37,779 nucleotides of DNA from a virus (taxonomy: Duplodnaviria; Heunggongvirae; Uroviricota; Caudoviricetes). The DNA lies in the IMG/VR virus record IMGVR_UViG_3300042009_000020, positions 1 through 37,779 of that record; one strand, 5' to 3'. A program made the translations under genes and the position numbers. The notes below the pieces were generated by a model. That model was not told the DNA's origin. It worked only from the letters and a program-made list of their open reading frames with translations, and searched no databases. Below are positions 1 to 5,999 of the stretch, piece after piece; position 1 is the first letter of the stretch, and every line of letters starts with the position of its first letter.

Positions 1-333
1 GCTGAAGAAAAACGCCAGATCCGTGATGCTGCTTTGCGTGCAACTGGTTTGGGTCGTGTGAAGCTTGAAGCTGGCGAGCGTGTGAGTATGATCGACAACG
101 AGCTACCAATCTCAAACAACTGCCTTCTGGTTGATAAGGATGAGGAATGCTTTAGTAATTCAGACCTGCACCAAACTCAAGATTGGTGTGAAACGTGTAT
201 GGGTGTAGAACTTACACCAGACGGGCGCGCGTATGTTGACTTCTACGTTTACAGTGTGGGTGAATACAGGCAGCTTGAATGCAATATCGGTGTGTATTAT
301 GCCGATGGTAAGATTCAACGAATCGATAAATAA
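1..333 (+). CDS. hypothetical protein, 5'-partial
   Basis: Frame 1 is open from base 1 ([16 protein letters not shown]...) to TAA at 333; the track start at 34 is an internal TTG. Confidence 0.7.
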   Translation, partial: AEEKRQIRDAALRATGLGRVKLEAGERVSMIDNELPISNNCLLVDKDEECFSNSDLHQTQDWCETCMGVELTPDGRAYVDFYVYSVGEYRQLECNIGVYYADGKIQRIDK

Positions 334-394
334 AAGGTTGACACGTTCTCTAAAGAGTCTAGAATAGAGTACAAGGGAAGCAAAACAGCTTCCC
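331..394 (+). promoter_or_regulatory. early sigma70-type promoter plus leader hairpin (copy 1)
   Basis: TTGACA 338-343, 16-bp spacer, TAGAAT 360-365; hairpin GGGAAGC-AAAACA-GCTTCCC 375-394. Confidence 0.85.
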
Positions 395-413
395 ACAACC
401 AAAAGGTGATATC

Positions 414-521
414 ATGGGAAGCTTTGAAGAAACCTTGGTAGACATAGCATTAGCTGTTGTCACCGCGATTGTGTTTGGTTTGATGATTATGATGCTTGCC
501 GATATTGCAGCGAGCATTTAA
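414..521 (+). CDS. small membrane peptide (35 aa)
   Basis: MGSFEETLVDIALAVVTAIVFGLMIMMLADIAASI; AAGGTG RBS; directly after promoter; one hydrophobic helix; absent from ORF track. Confidence 0.6.
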   Translation: MGSFEETLVDIALAVVTAIVFGLMIMMLADIAASI

Positions 522-539
522 CCAACTGGAAAAGGTAGT

Positions 540-875
540 GTGGAAATGCTAGTTGCTCTTACTTATCAAGGTACAGCGTGTGTTTTAAAGGTGTTAGATG
601 GTAGTGGTAATTTTGTTAGCAACCACACACACAACCCTTTAAAGTGGTTCTATCCTCGTCAAGCTGTAGAATATGCGACAGCAAACGGTATGATTGTTTG
701 TGAGAAAACAAACGTCTATCAAGGCTTGACTATAATGAAAGGCTCAGACAATAAGTTTTACATAGTCAACTCAAGTAGTAATGTTGTATGTATTGACTAC
801 ACATTCAGAACAGCCAACCATGCAATGGAGATTATCGATTGGCATATTGACTATGCAGCAAGGGTGAATAAATGA
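540..875 (+). CDS. hypothetical protein
   Basis: 111-aa ORF in co-oriented block. Confidence 0.65.
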   Translation: MEMLVALTYQGTACVLKVLDGSGNFVSNHTHNPLKWFYPRQAVEYATANGMIVCEKTNVYQGLTIMKGSDNKFYIVNSSSNVVCIDYTFRTANHAMEIIDWHIDYAARVNK

Positions 876-1060
876 AATACTATATTTATTATTATCGTCC
901 TTGGCGTTGCTGGATGGGTTATTGGGAAACTGTAGACGGTGACCAAATATGTGAAGCTGTCAACAGTCCAAGCAAAGAAGGTGTATTGATTGAACTAGGC
1001 GCACAACGTAGCAAAGCTTTGACTCGAATGAATGAGGGGAAAACATATCCCCATGAATAG
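872..1060 (+). CDS. hypothetical protein
   Basis: Start overlaps upstream stop; followed by terminator. Confidence 0.65.
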   Translation: MKYYIYYYRPWRCWMGYWETVDGDQICEAVNSPSKEGVLIELGAQRSKALTRMNEGKTYPHE

Positions 1061-1071
1061 ATCCACAATAG

Positions 1072-1094
1072 AGCCCCGGAAGGGGCTTTTCTTT
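1072..1094 (+). terminator. intrinsic terminator
   Basis: AGCCCC-GGAA-GGGGCT then TTTCTTT. Confidence 0.8.
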
Positions 1095-1100
1095 GCCTGC

Positions 1101-1137
1101 TAATAAAGCTTGCGTTTCTGGCTCATACTGCTAGAAT
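1101..1137 (+). promoter_or_regulatory. sigma70-type promoter (copy 2)
   Basis: TAATAAAGC-TTGCGT 1110-1115, N16, TAGAAT 1132-1137. Confidence 0.65.
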
Positions 1138-1360
1138 AATGGTACGGTGTTAGGTTTGGCACGAGACAAACAGGGAGAGTGGACGCTATTCCTAGTTGGC
1201 ATGATAATAGCATATAAAATGGTGTTCAAACTTGGCACGCTTATTGGCACGACGTTTTAAGCCGAAAGACATGCCAGTGTGAAGGGTAAGTTATAACGTC
1301 GCTCAAACAGGCTTATAGAGCCTTACAGAGCCTATAAACTATTTCTCTAAAGATTTAAAA

Positions 1361-1394
1361 TAAAGCTTGCATAGTTTTCTAAACAGTCTAGAAT
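1361..1394 (+). promoter_or_regulatory. sigma70-type promoter (copy 3)
   Basis: TAAAGC-TTGCAT 1367-1372, N16, TAGAAT 1389-1394. Confidence 0.75.
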
Positions 1395-1433
1395 TAGACA
1401 TAAGAAAGGCAAACAACCTAAAGGAATCAGAAC

Positions 1434-1637
1434 ATGAACACCTCCATCATTGAAAAAGCTTTGAAAACCCTTGCTGATGAAATGACCACTTGCCCGATTA
1501 ATCCTAATGGTAAGTACAATGGTAACGCTCGTAACAAGAGGGTAGATACTTGTGCTACCATGCTTCAAACTACAGGTATGACAAGGGATGAGGCTTGCAG
1601 TATGGCTTTCTCACACGCGCCTAAATCACCTAAATAA
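1434..1637 (+). CDS. hypothetical protein
   Basis: AAGGA RBS; between promoter copies 3 and 4. Confidence 0.7.
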   Translation: MNTSIIEKALKTLADEMTTCPINPNGKYNGNARNKRVDTCATMLQTTGMTRDEACSMAFSHAPKSPK

Positions 1638-1699
1638 AAGCTTGCATATTTCTCTAAAAGGTCTAGAATTCAATACATAGGGAAGCAAAACAGCTTCCC
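1635..1699 (+). promoter_or_regulatory. promoter plus leader hairpin (copy 4)
   Basis: TTGCAT 1642-1647, N16, TAGAAT 1664-1669; GGGAAGC-AAAACA-GCTTCCC 1680-1699. Confidence 0.8.
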
Positions 1700-1720
1700 A
1701 CAACAGACAGGTAGAAGATT

Positions 1721-2215
1721 ATGAACACTATGTCCTTCGCTCACTTCAAAGCCAAACGTTCTGTAGCTAATGGTTCCCGTCGACCATACCGTGAATTGTT
1801 CCGTTTGGCTTTGATGGATGCACACCGTGCTAACAAAGTCGAAGGTCATTTAGAGTCAATTGTCAAACAGTGGAAAGCCATTGACAAACGTATCGAAAAT
1901 GAAAAGAGTGTTATTCGTTCCATCGTTGGAAGTGCAATTGCAATGGGTTACAGTGTAAGTCTGTACGATGGCGAAGAGTGGACGTTGAAACAGTCCGTCG
2001 ATAAAGCAGCTTTGATGGATGCGGTAATGACAACCGATCATGATAAACTGGCTTTCCGCAAGTTGGGTGAATTAGGTGTTTGTGGTTCTGTTCTTCTGGT
2101 CTACGGTAACAGTGCCAGTGAAGTAATTGCGGACTGGTCTGATAACAAAGAAGTCAACAACATTCTTAAAAACGCTATCGCACAATGCGAACGATTCTCA
2201 GCAAAAGGCTTGTAA
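1721..2215 (+). CDS. hypothetical protein
   Basis: 164-aa ORF directly after promoter. Confidence 0.75.
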   Translation: MNTMSFAHFKAKRSVANGSRRPYRELFRLALMDAHRANKVEGHLESIVKQWKAIDKRIENEKSVIRSIVGSAIAMGYSVSLYDGEEWTLKQSVDKAALMDAVMTTDHDKLAFRKLGELGVCGSVLLVYGNSASEVIADWSDNKEVNNILKNAIAQCERFSAKGL

Positions 2216-2252
2216 ATAAAGCTTGTACAGGGAGTATTCTCTAAGGTAGAAT
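2216..2252 (+). promoter_or_regulatory. promoter (copy 5)
   Basis: AATAAAGC-TTGTAC 2223-2228, N18, TAGAAT 2247-2252. Confidence 0.6.
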
Positions 2253-2285
2253 GCTCTCACACCAACCAGAAAGAGGTTTTCTAAA

Positions 2286-2474
2286 ATGGCTAAGCGCAAG
2301 ATTCAAACGTTCGCAAACAACAGCAAAATGGCGAGTGTTTACCGGAATGCAGAGTTTGATGAATACGAAGTTCGGTTTTCTACTGATGGTGAAGATTTTC
2401 CCGATGCCGACTATTTCACCAATGACAAACAGGATGCCATTGAAACAGCAATCAATTGGGTAAACGAAGAATAA
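2286..2474 (+). CDS. hypothetical protein
   Basis: GAGG RBS; fits between promoter copies 5 and 6. Confidence 0.7.
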   Translation: MAKRKIQTFANNSKMASVYRNAEFDEYEVRFSTDGEDFPDADYFTNDKQDAIETAINWVNEE

Positions 2475-2535
2475 AAGCTTGACACGTTCTCTAAAAGGTC
2501 TAGAATTGAATACATAGGGAGGCAAACAGCCTCCC
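2471..2535 (+). promoter_or_regulatory. promoter plus leader hairpin (copy 6, compensatory variant)
   Basis: TTGACA 2479-2484, N16, TAGAAT 2501-2506; GGGAGGC-AAACA-GCCTCCC 2517-2535. Confidence 0.85.
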
Positions 2536-2555
2536 ACACCAAAGGACACACGACC

Positions 2556-2771
2556 ATGAAAGCATTATTTACCGCCTCTATTGTTGCATTGTTCATTGTC
2601 ATCGTTGGTGGTAATGTGTTGCGTGTGTACCTTAACGACCAAACCAAAGCAGCAAATGCTGAAGCTCACAAGGTGTTAGAGGCTGCGAATGATTCTCGTT
2701 TGTCTGCCGCTTGTGACGCTGGTAGTACTGGTGTAGTACTGTTCTATAAAGGCAAAGATTGCTCTAAGTGA
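2556..2771 (+). CDS. hypothetical membrane/secreted protein
   Basis: N-terminal hydrophobic stretch ALFTASIVALFIVIVGG; AAGGA RBS. Confidence 0.7.
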   Translation: MKALFTASIVALFIVIVGGNVLRVYLNDQTKAANAEAHKVLEAANDSRLSAACDAGSTGVVLFYKGKDCSK

Positions 2772-2780
2772 GGTGGTAGC

Positions 2781-2954
2781 ATGAAACACTGGATACTAAC
2801 CCGCGACATGTTACAAACGATCATAACCAATCTCGACACTAATCGTATGACACTAAAGGCTGCAAAGCTTTACTATCTAGCGTATGGTGTTGAGGTGAAA
2901 GGTCGTAGCAAAGAACAGTTTATAAAGAACCTGTCAACCCTTGTAAACGAGTGA
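2781..2954 (+). CDS. hypothetical protein (57 aa)
   Basis: GAGGTGG RBS; MKHWILTRDML...TLVNE; fills gap, absent from track. Confidence 0.6.
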   Translation: MKHWILTRDMLQTIITNLDTNRMTLKAAKLYYLAYGVEVKGRSKEQFIKNLSTLVNE

Positions 2955-2961
2955 TGCTTAG

Positions 2962-3180
2962 ATGAATACTTTTGTAGTGAAACGCATTTATGGTAAAAAC
3001 TCCGATTACTTGCACGACTGGTGTGAAGAATGGGGAACTTCTTGTATGGGATCGGTTGACAAGGCTTTAAAGTTTGAAAGCCTTGAATTAGCAGAGATTG
3101 CAGCACAACATGCACAAAAGGTTTGCATGGGTATTGATGGTGTTGCAACTGGTTTTGTATTCAAAGCAGTCGAGGTATGA
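2962..3180 (+). CDS. hypothetical protein
   Basis: Co-oriented, tightly packed ORF. Confidence 0.65.
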   Translation: MNTFVVKRIYGKNSDYLHDWCEEWGTSCMGSVDKALKFESLELAEIAAQHAQKVCMGIDGVATGFVFKAVEV

Positions 3181-3181
3181 T

Positions 3182-3346
3182 ATGAAAGCTTTCTTCAAAG
3201 GTGACTTTGTTGCTGACTTCAATAACTTAGCTGCTGTGAAGAAATACATGATCGATAATAATATTGGTCACCTATTCGTTGTAACAGATACCGGGAATTA
3301 CAATTGTGTAGTTCGTAATGGTAAGTTTTCAAAAGTCACTGCTTAG
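3182..3346 (+). CDS. hypothetical protein
   Basis: Start moved to ATG 3182 (GAGG RBS, no overlap with upstream gene). Confidence 0.6.
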   Translation: MKAFFKGDFVADFNNLAAVKKYMIDNNIGHLFVVTDTGNYNCVVRNGKFSKVTA

Positions 3347-3349
3347 GGG

Positions 3350-3559
3350 ATGTATCGAATGAATATCAAAGATAAACCCGCTTTCCGTCGTATCGAACCA
3401 GATGTATGCGGTACATGGTCTGGATATGCTGGTACGGAATTCCGTGCCCGTTTCTGGTATGCGTCTGATGCTATCGAATGGCGAGCCAATGATCCACTCA
3501 ACAAGGGAACAATTGACGAACTGTTAGAGCGCGAGGAATGGCGTAATAAGCCTGATTAA
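3350..3559 (+). CDS. hypothetical protein
   Basis: Co-oriented, tightly packed ORF. Confidence 0.6.
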   Translation: MYRMNIKDKPAFRRIEPDVCGTWSGYAGTEFRARFWYASDAIEWRANDPLNKGTIDELLEREEWRNKPD

Positions 3560-3643
3560 CTCTAAAGTAAGCCTCTGGTGAAGGGTAATGTCTAACGCTC
3601 TGTAAGAGGCTTACAGAGCGTTACAGAGGTTTGAAAATAATGT

Positions 3644-3671
3644 TTGACACCTTTTCTAAACCTGCTAATCT
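3644..3671 (+). promoter_or_regulatory. promoter (copy 7)
   Basis: TTGACA 3644-3649, N16 containing TTTTCTAAA, TAATCT 3666-3671. Confidence 0.6.
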
Positions 3672-3718
3672 GAATACAAGAAAGGCAAACAACAGAAAGG
3701 GTACAGGGGTACAGAATC

Positions 3719-3988
3719 ATGGCTTTCATTAAATCAGAGATCCAAGTCAAAGATATTTTGAAAGGCGACATCTTTCGTCTGATTGAATCCGTTGGTAACC
3801 TGAAACAAACCTTCGAATATGAGGTTGTCAGTAATGTGATGGGTACACAAACCATGCACGTTGGCGATAGTGGTGCAACACGCCAAGTCGATCAATGCAT
3901 TGTCCGTGTGAAGAACCGCAAGAATGGTGCCGGTAAGACCAAAAAGTATAACCCTGAAACCGTTCTGACTGTGTGGCGTACGGTGTAA
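3719..3988 (+). CDS. KOW/SH3-like beta protein resembling EF-P domain I
   Basis: IQVKDILKGDIF ... IVRVKNRKNGAGKTKKY pattern; resemblance judged by eye. Confidence 0.5.
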   Translation: MAFIKSEIQVKDILKGDIFRLIESVGNLKQTFEYEVVSNVMGTQTMHVGDSGATRQVDQCIVRVKNRKNGAGKTKKYNPETVLTVWRTV

Positions 3989-4025
3989 AATAAAGCTTGT
4001 ACCCTTTTCTAAATGTCGGTAGAAT
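3989..4025 (+). promoter_or_regulatory. promoter (copy 8)
   Basis: TAAAGC-TTGTAC 3997-4002, N17, TAGAAT 4020-4025. Confidence 0.7.
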
Positions 4026-4058
4026 GGCTTTACACCCACTCAACAACGAGTAAAGAAC

Positions 4059-4280
4059 ATGAATACGCCAGTTAACCAGAATCATGAATTGATCAAAACC
4101 GCTGTTACCAAGGTGATTGCAGATGCTGATGAATTCGGTTATGACTGTGACCTTAACGCTTTTCACCTTCAATTGATGCTTGACGTGTACGTTCAAGGTA
4201 TGGAACCTAAATTGATCGTTGAAGAGATGAAAGCTAGCGATGATACAAACCGCGCCTTCTGGATGGTGATCAATCGTTAA
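4059..4280 (+). CDS. hypothetical protein
   Basis: Fits between promoter copies 8 and 9. Confidence 0.7.
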   Translation: MNTPVNQNHELIKTAVTKVIADADEFGYDCDLNAFHLQLMLDVYVQGMEPKLIVEEMKASDDTNRAFWMVINR

Positions 4281-4347
4281 ATAAAAGGTTGACACCTTCT
4301 CTAAAAAGACTAGAATGATTAACAGAAGGGAAGCAAACCAGCTTCCC
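4281..4347 (+). promoter_or_regulatory. promoter plus leader hairpin (copy 9)
   Basis: TTGACA 4289-4294, N16, TAGAAT 4311-4316; GGGAAGC-AAACCA-GCTTCCC 4328-4347. Confidence 0.85.
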
Positions 4348-4368
4348 AAATCTTCAAAGGGTATGATC

Positions 4369-4851
4369 ATGAAAGCATTCAACGCCACTCTGCCTATGGG
4401 TTCTGTTGTTGTAGCTATCGACCACAAATATAATGATAACGATGGTGCATACTCGGTTGCATGGGTTTGGGATGGTGAGACGTTAACTTCTGAATCTTAT
4501 GCCAACGGTTATAACAACCGCTCGTTTGAGGATGCTGAAGTTGATGCCTCATTCTTGCAAATTCAAGAAGCGGCTGAAGCCTTCGCAATCGGTAAATTCG
4601 ACCTGTCTAAATCCCACTTCACACAATACAGTACATTCATCGGTTGTACTGTGAAGCTGAAACGCTCTCGCAAGGCGCCAAACAATGTCGAATTGTTGGT
4701 TATGGGTCATGCTGATAGCTACTACGACCACGCCAACAATCGTCGGGTAGACGCTCAAACAGCTGTAAATGTTGAAGGTGTGAAAGTTTGGGTTTCTCAA
4801 GGTTGTGTTAATGAGATTGTCAAAGGTGCCTATCCTTGGTGGAAAGCATAA
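4369..4851 (+). CDS. hypothetical protein
   Basis: Start moved to ATG 4369 because the track start 4315 overlaps the -10 box; AAAGGG RBS. Confidence 0.7.
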   Translation: MKAFNATLPMGSVVVAIDHKYNDNDGAYSVAWVWDGETLTSESYANGYNNRSFEDAEVDASFLQIQEAAEAFAIGKFDLSKSHFTQYSTFIGCTVKLKRSRKAPNNVELLVMGHADSYYDHANNRRVDAQTAVNVEGVKVWVSQGCVNEIVKGAYPWWKA

Positions 4852-4870
4852 GAGTTAGAGAAAATAAGAG

Positions 4871-4892
4871 AGCCCCTTAAATGGGGCTTTTC
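4871..4892 (+). terminator. intrinsic terminator closing the early block
   Basis: AGCCCC-TTAAAT-GGGGCT then TTT. Confidence 0.8.
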
Positions 4893-5420
4893 TATGTATG
4901 TCGCTATTCTATACGAATGTGTCTCAATAACGTCTAGACTGAACTGCCTGTTCAAAGGTATAATGCCTTTATTCCGCCGGTAGCTACCGGCGAAGGCACT
5001 ACTAGAGAGAGCAGGAAAGAGTGGGGATAAACCCCACAAGATAAAGAGTATGTATTAAAGAACTAATATTATAACGTATAACGTTATAGAGTAACTATTG
5101 TTATGTATACATAACAGGCTATCATATCAGATATAAAAGCAGGGTTGTCACCCCTGTTCTCTTCCATTGTATGCGGTAGCATACCCTCTATAACCTCCTG
5201 CAACACCACTCACTGCGTAGCAGTGTAGCACCCCTACTATGGGCATAGCCCATCATATACCTCTTCTCACAAAGCCTTATAGATCATGGCTTATAAGCCA
5301 TAACACATACCGATCATGTCGTAATAACGACATGAATAGAACATATTCACATATATGACTATTCTCGGGTATGCTGAACATTGGGACAATAGTCTAAGCA
5401 TCCATAACTAAACATTCACG

Positions 5421-5436
5421 TGTTCCACGTGGAACA
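5421..5436. promoter_or_regulatory. parS: chromosomal-type parS (ParB-binding) palindrome
   Basis: Perfect 16-bp palindrome TGTTCCACGTGGAACA, matching the parS form known from Pseudomonas; general consensus TGTTNCACGTGAAACA. Confidence 0.8.
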
Positions 5437-5460
5437 ATAGTAATTCTTTTATACATAAAA

Positions 5461-5479
5461 GATAATGATAGCCATTCGT
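5461..5479. promoter_or_regulatory. Fur-box-like site
   Basis: GATAATGATAGCCATTCGT, 14/19 to GATAATGATAATCATTATC. Confidence 0.35.
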
Positions 5480-5687
5480 ATCTACGTCATTCTGACGAAA
5501 GGTAGTGATATAGTTAGACATTCAGCCTAGACAGGCGTAGTATGTGTGTTATGGGTGATGAGTCTGTGCAATGCAGACAGATAGAGCCAGTCACCTAATC
5601 CAAGCCAATCGATAGAGAAAGCCTTCCCGGAGAGTGACAGGGAAGGACCACGAGCTGTACGCATAATAGGTATTATGTTAAATTGCA

Positions 5688-5706
5688 TTGAATGAGAATC
5701 ATTAAC
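5688..5706. promoter_or_regulatory. Fur-box-like site
   Basis: TTGAATGAGAATCATTAAC, 14/19, core AATGAGAATCATT. Confidence 0.4.
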
Positions 5707-5740
5707 ACACCATTCGCAAGGGTAATCAGCTGAATGGATA

Positions 5741-5756
5741 AGCAAGTTGTGTGCCA
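5741..5756 (-). promoter_or_regulatory. sigma54 (-24/-12) consensus site
   Basis: Minus strand TGGCAC-ACAAC-TTGCT matches TGGCAC-N5-TTGCW. Confidence 0.55.
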
Positions 5757-5900
5757 TGTCATAGGGATTCGAGAAAGATATCGACGGGTGGTAGCTCGTG
5801 GAAGTCCGGGGCGTTAAACCCATTTACTCTATATCCAGAGTAATAACCCATTCGATCAATATCTGAGGATTTCAGGTAGTTGAACACCTAACGAATAGGG

Positions 5901-5976
5901 ATTTTTGGGAAGTGGATTTACAGGGAAAAGTGTAAATCAGGGAATTGAAAATACAGGGGAATGGAATTTTGGGTAA
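5901..5976. repeat. ~16-bp periodic GGG(A) array
   Basis: GGG runs start at 5907, 5923, 5940, 5956, 5971; the three central copies read CAGGG(G)AA. Confidence 0.55.
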
Positions 5977-5999
5977 AAAGAAACCCTCCGAAGAGGGTT
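5975..5999 (-). terminator. intrinsic terminator closing the leftward block
   Basis: Minus strand AACCCTC-TTCG-GAGGGTT-TCTTTTT. Confidence 0.85.

Noticed and set aside
331-4347. Possible CRISPR array from the recurring repeats
   Set aside because: Repeats are promoter/hairpin modules separated by whole genes, not fixed-length spacers; no cas genes.
4315-4368. N-terminal extensions in track ORFs (4315, 2251, 12726, 17641, 20652, 33960, 34351)
   Set aside because: They start inside promoters or upstream genes; downstream starts have better RBS and coupling, and the 2251 ORF is out of frame with the real 2286 gene.
3828-4427. 199-aa minus-strand ORF
   Set aside because: It overlaps three plus-strand genes and two promoters; no recognisable motif.
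5022-5030. DnaA-box-like TTATCCCCA (minus strand, 8/9)
   Set aside because: Single imperfect copy inside a hairpin; not enough for an origin call.
5527-5823. 98-aa minus-strand ORF in the non-coding zone
   Set aside because: No clear RBS, low-information sequence, and it crosses the sigma54 and Fur-like motifs; treated as spurious.
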